From a virus (taxonomy: Duplodnaviria; Caudoviricetes), in the IMG/VR virus record IMGVR_UViG_2884546135_000003, positions 1,708-65,707 of that record: a stretch of DNA of 64,000 nucleotides. One strand, written 5' to 3'. The notes beneath the pieces were generated by a model. That model searched no databases. It was given only the letters and a program-made list of their open reading frames with translations, and was not told where the DNA came from. The first letter of the stretch is position 1. Every line of letters begins with the position of its first letter. This document shows, piece by piece, positions 1-7,618 of this stretch. The translations under genes were made by a program, and so were the position numbers.

Positions 1-29
1 CAGCCTTCACCCGATACGGGAATTACAAA

Positions 30-344
30 ATGAGAACCCCAGAACAAATCCGCTCCGAAATGCTTCAGCTCGAGCAGGAGCTGCGCGAGGCAGAGGAGCA
101 GGAACGCAAGCAGGCAATGGCCGGAAACGCCATCAAGGCAACAGCCCTACTCTCTGCCATGCGGACGGCCTACAAAGAGCTGTCGGACATGTTTCCGGAC
201 ACGTTCGAAAGCGACAAGTGGGCCGCCATTACTCCGCAAGCCTGGCCTCGCGACAACAAATTCAAGCGCCTTGCCGATCTGTCTGAAACGCAGGTTCACG
301 AGGCCAGAGAGCGCGGCAAGGCTGCTGTCGATAAGCTGCTATAG
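30..344 (+). CDS. Hypothetical protein, helical/coiled-coil
   Basis: 104-aa ORF with phage-like composition, converging on the minus-strand nucleotide operon. Confidence 0.55.
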   Translation: MRTPEQIRSEMLQLEQELREAEEQERKQAMAGNAIKATALLSAMRTAYKELSDMFPDTFESDKWAAITPQAWPRDNKFKRLADLSETQVHEARERGKAAVDKLL

Positions 345-352
345 CGGATAGA

Positions 353-1000
353 CTACAGCAAGCGATACACGGCGCTCTCAACCTGCGACAAGAGCGACTC
401 AACCGACCTTGCACTGATAGTGAGATCGGCGACGATTGCGGCTTGTGCCTCGTCACTTTCAAAGCCGGCCGGGCCTTCGTGGTCTGGCCGTTCAAGGCGG
501 ATTACAACCCCGCCACACTCGCGGAAATAATCGACCTCGTAGACGATGGACTCGCAGACGATCCTGGCCTGCGGATGGAAGCGACGAGCGCGATCGATCT
601 CCATGCCGAGCGTCCACGGCACGCCCATCTCGACACCCATGAACTTTCCGAAGCGTTCAAGGAAATGCCGCGGCGCCACCTCACCTGGAAGGAAGTGTGA
701 TGGCACGTCTTTCAAGTCGCCGTAGACCATACGATTGGCGAGACTGTAGTCACCCGTCAGGTAGCCGAAATACTCGTATGCCGCAGCCCTCCCGCCACCG
801 AAAGCATGGATCGAGCTGAAGCGGTAGTTTTCGACCAGATGACGAGCCGCTGTCGATTTTCCGACGTTACGCTTGCCGGTGAAGCCGATCAGAGGTGGAT
901 GCGTCGTCTTTGCATCTCCTGTGGTGGCCGGCAGACTTGTGAACGGCTGGTCAAGCGCAGCCGATGCCATAGCGATGGCAAACCTTTCATCGCAGTACAT
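353..1000 (-). CDS. Deoxynucleoside monophosphate kinase-like P-loop protein
   Basis: Walker A IGFTGKRNVGKST, R..LERFG and GGVVIRLERP segments typical of phage dNMP kinases; RBS motif at 1007-1020. Confidence 0.75.
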   Translation of the reverse strand: MYCDERFAIAMASAALDQPFTSLPATTGDAKTTHPPLIGFTGKRNVGKSTAARHLVENYRFSSIHAFGGGRAAAYEYFGYLTGDYSLANRMVYGDLKDVPSHFLPGEVAPRHFLERFGKFMGVEMGVPWTLGMEIDRARRFHPQARIVCESIVYEVDYFRECGGVVIRLERPDHEGPAGFESDEAQAAIVADLTISARSVESLLSQVESAVYRLL

Positions 1001-1024
1001 TCAGTTCCTTTCTGTGGTGGTGAC

Positions 1025-1618
1025 TTATAGGGACAACATCAGGGCAAGCCTGTTGTGCAGCATCAGGAACTCCTGCTCGGCGTATTCCGGATGCCAGAAT
1101 TGCAGGTCGATTTCGAGCGCCGGTCCCGGCTCGTAATCCCATTCCATGTAGACCATGTTTTGCGCGCGCTCGTCGCTAAGGATGCGGTCGTCTGCTTCCT
1201 TCACGACTGTCGGCACGTATTGCGGCATACCCAGGTAATCCCAGACGCACGCCTGCACCGCCTTTTCCAGAGCGGAATACCCGCGAAGCCATGGCTTCAC
1301 CGGCCGCGGCACATCTGCGAGGTACGCCTCGCTGTCGTCGTGATGGAGACCGTAGAAAGCCTTCACCGGGTCGTGATTATTGAGTAGCCAATTGCCGACA
1401 TGAACCGCGTGCTCAGCAACGCTGTAATAGCGCTTGCAGTGACCGTTGTATCTGCACTGCATCGACAGGCTGTGGGCCACATCTTCCAGGTGAATCTCAT
1501 CAGACCGTGGATCCAGAGGCCAGAACTTCCGGCCGGAAAAGGTCTGCATGTAATCCCCGGCCCGCTCTGGTGTAAGCGGGCCGAAGGTCTCCATGATATG
1601 GTCGTCTGCGAGTTCCAT
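1025..1618 (-). CDS. HD-domain phosphohydrolase (YfbR/YfdR-like 5'-deoxynucleotidase)
   Basis: TFSGRKFWPLDP..I.LEDVAHSLS..CRYNGH...YSVAEH and LHHDDSEAY..D motifs; start refined to ATG 1618 behind AGAAAGG. Confidence 0.8.
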   Translation of the reverse strand: MELADDHIMETFGPLTPERAGDYMQTFSGRKFWPLDPRSDEIHLEDVAHSLSMQCRYNGHCKRYYSVAEHAVHVGNWLLNNHDPVKAFYGLHHDDSEAYLADVPRPVKPWLRGYSALEKAVQACVWDYLGMPQYVPTVVKEADDRILSDERAQNMVYMEWDYEPGPALEIDLQFWHPEYAEQEFLMLHNRLALMLSL

Positions 1619-1647
1619 GTGGTGCCTTTCTGTGGTGGAGTTGGTGG

Positions 1648-1938
1648 TTAACAAACCTCGTTGAAATACTGGTTGAGCAGGGCGTTCGTGAATGGCGGCG
1701 CGGCCTTCATCAGATCAGCTATTTCGGTTTCCTCACCGCCTGCGATGATCCGCAGATCTTCGACAGACTGCGCGGCAAGCCACGCATCGATCTCGGTCAA
1801 ATAGCCATTGTCAGCGCGCTCAAGGAACGCCCGACACTCTTGGCGCATCTTCTTTTCCGAGCGCATACGGTTGATGCCGCCGTTGTCATAGGCGATCTCG
1901 ACACAGGCTTTTTCGATCCCTGGAAATCGGCATTTCAT
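1648..1938 (-). CDS. Hypothetical protein
   Basis: ATGA overlap with the upstream gene's stop; MKCRFPG start. Confidence 0.55.
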   Translation of the reverse strand: MKCRFPGIEKACVEIAYDNGGINRMRSEKKMRQECRAFLERADNGYLTEIDAWLAAQSVEDLRIIAGGEETEIADLMKAAPPFTNALLNQYFNEVC

Positions 1939-2183
1939 AGTCTGGGGGTACCCCTCATCAGTACGCCGTCGAGCCAGCCGCGGTAGGCCGGCAGCATCAC
2001 TTTTGACCATTCCGCGTGCATCAGCCTCACCTGCTTCCATCCAGCATCAGCGCCAACGAACAGCCCGCTTGCCAGAATTGAAAACCAGGCAAGGGGCGTC
2101 AGGATCAGAAACATTGGCGAGAAGAGCAGCATTGCCAGGCTGCGCAAGAGCTTGTTGCGCACGTTCCACGGACTCAGGCGCAT
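1935..2183 (-). CDS. Small hydrophobic (membrane) protein
   Basis: Start overlaps the phosphoesterase 3' end; GGGGG RBS; hydrophobic stretch LAMLLFSPMFLILTPLAWFSILASGLFVG. Confidence 0.5.
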   Translation of the reverse strand: MRLSPWNVRNKLLRSLAMLLFSPMFLILTPLAWFSILASGLFVGADAGWKQVRLMHAEWSKVMLPAYRGWLDGVLMRGTPRL

Positions 2184-3397
2184 GTCGACGCCCCCTGCAT
2201 GACACGTGCCGCGGACAGGGTAACGCGACCATCCTCGCCGAAACGTTTGTGATACGTGATGACTTTGGCGGATCTTCCGGAAAGCCAATTTGATCCATAT
2301 GCGTCTGGAGCGGCGAGCGTTTCATGCTGCTCCACCTTCATCAAGTCGGTTGTCTTGAGCTCGTCCGCATGTTTGTGACCAGTGTGGGCGTAACTGATGC
2401 TTGTGCGCCCATAAATCTCGCGGTATTTCCCCACCAGGATGGAGTCAACGTTCTTGACGCCGCGGCGATGGCCATGGTGGTAAAACAGAGAGACGTCGCC
2501 ATGCTCAATGACTGAATAAGTCCCAGGGTTTGTGTCAACCCGAACGCGTGGTTCGTCATCGTAAAACGCTGCCATCATTTCCCGCAGCCAAACCTCGCCA
2601 GCGGGATCGTGGTTGGCATCACACATGATGACGTCAAGCCGCTTGTGTTTTTCCAGCAGCATGTGAATGACCGTGCGCACGATCCGAATCGCGGCCCGCA
2701 CCATCTTCGGGTAACGGCTATCACTGTCCAGGTGATGGCCATGCTCAGGCGTCAAGCTCCTGAATGAATCGTAATGCAGGAAGTCACCTAGCTGCGCGAA
2801 CACGGCACGCTCAGCAGGCGGTGACTGTGCAATAGCAGCGGCGAACCATCGTAGAATTAGTTGCTCACCGATCCGTAGGTCATAATCTCCCGACCCGGTC
2901 TCCTCGCCCCACGCCAAGGCGCCGAGGTGGTGATCCGTGATCGTGTACTGATTCAGCAAATCAGACAGCGTGTGAGCCGGCGCATCGATAGCTGGTGCTC
3001 GCGGAATCTCTTCCTTGAACGCTTCCACCGCGGCGCGCATCGCGTTCGCCTGTTGCTCTTTGCTGGGCTCAACAATATCCCATCGAGCAATGGTGCGCCC
3101 CTGCCCATCCGACAGGTTGGAGATGCGCTTTGGCAGGAATCCGTCAGGCAGCTCGAAAACCGGCCCTTTTTTCTGCTTCTGCTGTACATAGTCACCCCGA
3201 GGAGTGTTTGACACCTTGGTAATTTCGAACCCTGGCATGACAGGGGACGTTCCAAGCATCCCCTTCCGCGCTGCCCTCTGAAGGCATTCCTGCAACGCTG
3301 TCTTGCCGATGCCGAGTTCTTGCGCTGCCGCGCGGTACGACCCGTGCTTCAAATAAGCCGCGTGCCGTGCCTCAAGCTCTTCCTTCGAAATCTTCAT
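2174..3397 (-). CDS. Calcineurin-like metallophosphoesterase with N-terminal HTH
   Basis: DHHLG, LGDFLHYD, ANHD, HHGH and GHKH metal motifs; N-terminal HGSYRAAAQELGIGKTALQ HTH; start ATG 3397 overlaps the upstream stop. Confidence 0.8.
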   Translation of the reverse strand: MKISKEELEARHAAYLKHGSYRAAAQELGIGKTALQECLQRAARKGMLGTSPVMPGFEITKVSNTPRGDYVQQKQKKGPVFELPDGFLPKRISNLSDGQGRTIARWDIVEPSKEQQANAMRAAVEAFKEEIPRAPAIDAPAHTLSDLLNQYTITDHHLGALAWGEETGSGDYDLRIGEQLILRWFAAAIAQSPPAERAVFAQLGDFLHYDSFRSLTPEHGHHLDSDSRYPKMVRAAIRIVRTVIHMLLEKHKRLDVIMCDANHDPAGEVWLREMMAAFYDDEPRVRVDTNPGTYSVIEHGDVSLFYHHGHRRGVKNVDSILVGKYREIYGRTSISYAHTGHKHADELKTTDLMKVEQHETLAAPDAYGSNWLSGRSAKVITYHKRFGEDGRVTLSAARVMQGASTCA

Positions 3398-3621
3398 GCA
3401 GCTTCCTTCGGCTTTGCTGGGTCGCGGATCACGACATATGCGACGATGTCGCTGGCCTGCTGTTTGTGATCCCACTCGAAAATCTTGGCAGCGACTGGAA
3501 CGGTGACGTACCCATTCCGGAGCTTCACGCTCACAACTGCCGTCCAGTGCAGCGGGCAGTCTCCCCCGCCCCACTCAATCCAATTTGTTTCGTTCACATC
3601 TCGCTCCGAAAAGGCCGCCAC
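3394..3621 (-). CDS. Conserved phage hypothetical protein
   Basis: WIEWGGGDCP...W.H....DIVAY pattern common in proteobacterial phages. Confidence 0.6.
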   Translation of the reverse strand: MAAFSERDVNETNWIEWGGGDCPLHWTAVVSVKLRNGYVTVPVAAKIFEWDHKQQASDIVAYVVIRDPAKPKEAA

Positions 3622-3649
3622 ACTCTTGGAACGGCGTGGCGGCAGGCTT

Positions 3650-4405
3650 TCAGGGTTGGAAGACTTCTTCGATCTTGAAGTCGATTGCCTTCGGTGCCGC
3701 GGTTTTCAGGAAGTCGCGGATCTTCTTTGCCGGGGTGTAAAAGCCCATGTACGGCGCGCCCCTGATGCCGGCCGTAGTAACGCCGATGAGCTCATATTTT
3801 CCATCGGGCCGCTTGTGATAAAGGGCGCCGCCGCTGTTGCCGCCGATGATGTCGGGCGTCGCGCGGTAGTATTCCGTGTCTTCGTTTCGCTCGGGGAAGT
3901 TGATCGAGTCGTAGGACGAGAACAGGCCTTCCGTGATCGTGAGGCCGAGCCCCATTGGGTAGCCAACGGTGTAGACACGGTCTCCCATCTCGATCGAGAT
4001 TTTCTCGCCGGGCAGCGTTGCCACCGTGTCGAAATAGGTTTCCTTGTCGATGAGCTCGACGACGGCCAGGTCAGCGCTGAAAGATTTGGTCTTGTATTTG
4101 GCGACGTAGCTCTCGCGCTTGACCACGCGGTTTTCCTGGTAGACAGGAATGTCGACCGTCATGTTCCTGCTTTCGGAACCCTTGACACAGTGTGCCGCGG
4201 TCAGGATGTATGTGTCGACGTCGCCGGTCTTCTTGTCCCGGTCGGAGTAGATCAGGGTGCCGCTGCAATTTCCGTTCAGCTGAACCGTAACGCCGAGCAT
4301 CTCCTCCTGCCAGGCAGCATCGGCCGCGACTGCCACTGATGACTGTGTGATTGTGGCCGCGAACGCCAGAAACAGCGCGCCGCGGACAAGCGCAAAGAAA
4401 CGCAT
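3650..4405 (-). CDS. Exported trypsin-like serine protease
   Basis: TAAHC, DLAVV and GGNSGGA catalytic triad motifs; signal peptide MRFFALVRGALFLAFAATITQSSVAVA; RBS motif at 4413-4426. Confidence 0.85.
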   Translation of the reverse strand: MRFFALVRGALFLAFAATITQSSVAVAADAAWQEEMLGVTVQLNGNCSGTLIYSDRDKKTGDVDTYILTAAHCVKGSESRNMTVDIPVYQENRVVKRESYVAKYKTKSFSADLAVVELIDKETYFDTVATLPGEKISIEMGDRVYTVGYPMGLGLTITEGLFSSYDSINFPERNEDTEYYRATPDIIGGNSGGALYHKRPDGKYELIGVTTAGIRGAPYMGFYTPAKKIRDFLKTAAPKAIDFKIEEVFQP

Positions 4406-4474
4406 GCCTTTTCCTTTCTGTGGTGGATATCTGGGTTGGTGGCCCAGCATGCGTTAATTTCATATACCAATTCT

Positions 4475-4487
4475 ACAAATTTGTCAA
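4475..4487 (-). promoter_or_regulatory. ACAAATTTGT operator overlapping a TTGACA -35 box
   Basis: Perfect 10-bp palindrome; minus strand reads CTTGACAAATTTGTAG; upstream of the protease operon. Confidence 0.75.
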
Positions 4488-4490
4488 GTC

Positions 4491-4528
4491 AAACAAAAAT
4501 AGACCCCGCCACGTTTCCGCAGCGGGGT
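4491..4528 (-). terminator. Rho-independent terminator after the lysis module
   Basis: ACCCCGC/GCGGGGT stem followed on the minus strand by CTATTTTTGTTT. Confidence 0.65.
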
Positions 4529-4541
4529 GCTTACTTTATTG

Positions 4542-4865
4542 CTAATCTGGTTTTCGCTCGTGGAGGGAATCGAGCCGCGAAGTCAGGTGTCTGAAATCAT
4601 CTCGAAGGCCGCCAACGGCCTTCAGGATTTCGTCTCGCGTTTCCTTGAGTCCCTGCTTCGAGACGTAGTTTTCGGCGATGTGAAGCTTGTGAGCCGCTAG
4701 CTCGCCGTGCGTTAGGCGGGCCAGCTCCGCAGCGGAGTCGGCCTTCAACTCAGCGTCCTTGCGGGCCGTGGTGATCTTTGCGTCAACATATTTCCACACG
4801 CCGAACATAGCCCCAAAAAGTGCCAAAATGACCCCAACAAATGGAATGATCTCAGCGCCGGTCAA
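4542..4865 (-). CDS. Lysis-module membrane protein (N-terminal TM plus coiled coil)
   Basis: TTG start overlapping the upstream TGA; IIPFVGVILALFGAMFGVW helix. Confidence 0.6.
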   Translation of the reverse strand: MTGAEIIPFVGVILALFGAMFGVWKYVDAKITTARKDAELKADSAAELARLTHGELAAHKLHIAENYVSKQGLKETRDEILKAVGGLRDDFRHLTSRLDSLHERKPD

Positions 4866-5269
4866 CCGCGCCTCCAAGCAAAGATGGACAGCGCTTTCGA
4901 AACCAGGCTGGACGTCGTCTGCAGGCCAGCGCCAGTAAGGCCGGAGTAGAAGAGGCTGTTGAAGATCTGATCCGCCCACGGCTTGATTGTCATCGGCAGG
5001 TTTGAAACCCCCCAGCCGAAATTGAATGTGGTGTCCAGCATCACCGCACACCACCAGCCGCCGAGCGGAACTGCAAACATCGACCAGACGACCCAGAACA
5101 TAAAGAACGACATCTGCATTCTTTGCGTCGTCGACTGCTCCCTGAGCCAGTTGTTGGCGAGCTCGGCTTTCGTCTTGAATCGCTCCGTGTCGTTGTCGAA
5201 GTAGTGATCCACGGTGTCGAAAATCCGACTCAGCGGGTTCTTTCCCAGCAGCAGGCTAAAGAAGTTCAT
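4862..5269 (-). CDS. Holin-like membrane protein
   Basis: Multiple hydrophobic segments; directly downstream of the endolysin with ATGA overlap. Confidence 0.6.
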   Translation of the reverse strand: MNFFSLLLGKNPLSRIFDTVDHYFDNDTERFKTKAELANNWLREQSTTQRMQMSFFMFWVVWSMFAVPLGGWWCAVMLDTTFNFGWGVSNLPMTIKPWADQIFNSLFYSGLTGAGLQTTSSLVSKALSIFAWRRG

Positions 5270-6150
5270 TCGACCTCTTTCCCCCTGAACGTGTTCCACC
5301 GACGCTGGATGACATCACGGTAGCGCCAGGCGAAATAGCCGGCCGCAGCCACTACGGCGACCGCTGCGACGGATACGATGAGCCACACAGGCACGCCGAG
5401 AGCCGTTGCGGTTGTCGTCACACCGACAGCAGAACCTCCACCCTTGGTGATCGCGTCTTTGACGGCGCCGGCATCCCGGCGAAGCTGGGCAAGTGTTGCC
5501 GGGCCAAGAATGCCGTCATTGGTGAGATGCGGGTGCGACTTCTGATATTCCAGAATGGCGGCCTTAGTGTTGCGACCCATCCAGCCATCGATCGCGCCAG
5601 GATTGAAGCCACGAGCCGTCAGAAGCTCTTGAGCCTCTTTGACGACAGGATCCGGCTGCCTGCCCGGAGCGTCCGATTCAATGCGCTGAACACCCTCCCC
5701 TGCGCCATCCGGATACACGCCGCGGAAGATCAGATCAGCTTCAGCTTTGCGGCGATTCACAAGGCCTTTGATTTTCCGGCCGCCAGACTTCACCCAGAGC
5801 ATCAGCGATGCCTCTGCCTTGGCCCAGGACTGATCGCGATACCGCTTTACCCAGGTGGCGTCGTGGATCCGGCCCGTGTTGAAGTCGAAGGACACGGCAC
5901 CGTCAAAGGCATGCTGACGTACGAAAATCCTTTCGGCCTCGACTCGCTTTTCGAATTTGCGAAGATCCTCCGCAAAAATGGCCATTGCCTCTTCGCGTGT
6001 GATCTTCATTCCCGGCTTCGGCACGAGGCCACCAGCTGCGGCAGTGTGCCCAACGCCGATCGTCCAGACGCCTTTGACATCCGGATAAGCGCGCAGCACA
6101 ACGCCCTCGTGGGCAGCGATTGCCTCGCCGCCACGTGCGCTTGTTTTCAT
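5266..6150 (-). CDS. Endolysin: GH24 lysozyme, peptidoglycan-binding domain, C-terminal TM
   Basis: HEGVVLRAYPDVKGVWTIGVGHT, FDGAVSFDFNTG and GLVNRRKAE; PG_binding_1-like Q.LL..RGFNPGAIDGWMGRNT..AI..YQ. Confidence 0.9.
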   Translation of the reverse strand: MKTSARGGEAIAAHEGVVLRAYPDVKGVWTIGVGHTAAAGGLVPKPGMKITREEAMAIFAEDLRKFEKRVEAERIFVRQHAFDGAVSFDFNTGRIHDATWVKRYRDQSWAKAEASLMLWVKSGGRKIKGLVNRRKAEADLIFRGVYPDGAGEGVQRIESDAPGRQPDPVVKEAQELLTARGFNPGAIDGWMGRNTKAAILEYQKSHPHLTNDGILGPATLAQLRRDAGAVKDAITKGGGSAVGVTTTATALGVPVWLIVSVAAVAVVAAAGYFAWRYRDVIQRRWNTFRGKEVE

Positions 6151-6358
6151 GAGATTCTTTCTGTGGTGGAGTTGGTGGTTAGGATGTGGTTGTTGACGGA
6201 TTAGAAATCTCGGCGCAGCGCTATGGCCGTCACCGTCTTACGAACGGCAGCGTTGAACATGGATCACCTTTTCCGGCCTTTGCGCCGATTGTCTGGTTGC
6301 TAGGTTGTAAAATCCAAGATAGACGTGTCTTGACATTCACGTTTAACGAGCGTTGAGA

Positions 6359-7324
6359 ATGATTAAAAATGCAGTGTTCCATCTTGGTGCACACAAGACC
6401 GCAACTAGTTCTATTCAGCAGTCATTGAGGCAATCCGGGCTCCGCCAAAAAGGCGTCCTTGTGATTGCAAAGGGGGCGGCAAATAAAGGGCGCGACCTAT
6501 ACAAGGAGATGGTTAATCCGCTCATTCGAAACAGCTACACGGCGCAAGATATAGAAGCCCTCTCCTCTGCCGTGGTTGACGTGATCACCGCACTGTCAAA
6601 GCGACACCGTTGCGACAGCGTTATTTTGTCGGATGAAAACCTAGGTGGACCAATGCCGGGATTGTCACCATTGTTCTATGACGATGGTCCACGCATCCTG
6701 TCCTCCATTCTCGACAAGCTGAAGCCGGAAGCATTCACCGTATTTTTGACCTGCCGGAAGCAAGATGACTTTCTATGTTCCTGCTATCGACAGCTCTATC
6801 ATCTCGGAAAGCCCCAACTCCTTGAGGAATTTTTAGAGTCTTTCCACCCTGGGCGAGCTGACTGGAACGCAATTGCTGACAAATACGTTTCCGCAATCGG
6901 CCGAGACGGCTTTCGGCTGTTACCATATGAGGCCGCAACCGGTTCATTTGTGCCATTCTTTCAGGATCAGCTTTGCAGGATCGGGATTGACGTAAAGCTT
7001 GCCGACAAGCACGCGAACATTTCAGTAGACCATCAGAAAGTCGCGAAACAGCTACTGGCGAAGGACGGTCTAAGCCAGGAAGAGGCACGCAGCATTGCCA
7101 TGTTGGCGCAACCCACCAGCCGGCAGAGTGGATTTCCGCCGATCATTGCCCGCGCGATTATGGGGCCACTAGAGGCGGGAAACAGAAGACTTTTCAGAAA
7201 GCACCTTAGAGAGTATCGCGGCCATAAGCTTGGGTACTACCAAGCAAACAATCTAGATTTGATCAAGGCGTTTCGTCTTCCGGCTTTTCCGATCGAAGAG
7301 AGCAATATCTTGAATTATAAATAA
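6359..7324 (+). CDS. Sulfotransferase-fold protein (moron, opposite strand, AT-rich)
   Basis: FHLGAHKTATSSIQ (5'-PSB-like) and RKQDDFLCSCYRQ (3'-PB-like) motifs; TTGACA at 6330-6335 upstream. Confidence 0.65.
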   Translation: MIKNAVFHLGAHKTATSSIQQSLRQSGLRQKGVLVIAKGAANKGRDLYKEMVNPLIRNSYTAQDIEALSSAVVDVITALSKRHRCDSVILSDENLGGPMPGLSPLFYDDGPRILSSILDKLKPEAFTVFLTCRKQDDFLCSCYRQLYHLGKPQLLEEFLESFHPGRADWNAIADKYVSAIGRDGFRLLPYEAATGSFVPFFQDQLCRIGIDVKLADKHANISVDHQKVAKQLLAKDGLSQEEARSIAMLAQPTSRQSGFPPIIARAIMGPLEAGNRRLFRKHLREYRGHKLGYYQANNLDLIKAFRLPAFPIEESNILNYK

Positions 7325-7601
7325 AATTTTCAACTTCCTTATTAGTAGTCACAGTCATCTCTTCACAATTAGCAACGATGACGACAGACTCGCCGGAGAG
7401 TATTTTGTCGACCAAATGACCAAGACCAAAAGTTTCAGCGGGTATCGGATTAGCCTCCAATTTGAACTTTCTTGAAGGCTGCGCCTGCGGCATAGGCTCG
7501 CCAAGAACGATGGCGCGGCACCCAGGATTTTTTATTGTTCTAGGCAGCCCATCAGCGACCGTTAAGACGTTATAGGGATTGCGACAGATCGTTCTAGACA
7601 T
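7263..7601 (-). CDS. Possible hypothetical protein
   Basis: 112-aa AT-rich ORF after the tail fibre; no recognisable motif; overlaps the moron's 3' end. Confidence 0.25.
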   Translation of the reverse strand: MSRTICRNPYNVLTVADGLPRTIKNPGCRAIVLGEPMPQAQPSRKFKLEANPIPAETFGLGHLVDKILSGESVVIVANCEEMTVTTNKEVENFIYNSRYCSLRSEKPEDETP

Positions 7602-7618
7602 GACTACCCATCCCAGAC

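Noticed and set aside
436-700. Plus-strand ORFs 436-642 and 443-700
   Set aside because: Antisense to the motif-supported dNMP kinase gene
353-1618. 2-aminoadenine (Z-genome) pathway suggested by HD plus MazG-like genes
   Set aside because: No PurZ/PurA-like gene and no phage DNA polymerase in the window; the HD protein resembles YfbR/YfdR-type enzymes
2047-2325. Minus-strand 92-aa ORF MKRSPLQ...
   Set aside because: Alternative frame over the conserved C-terminus of the metallophosphoesterase, with no motif of its own
6201-6260. 19-codon ORF with an AAGGTGA RBS upstream of the endolysin
   Set aside because: Too short to support without expression data
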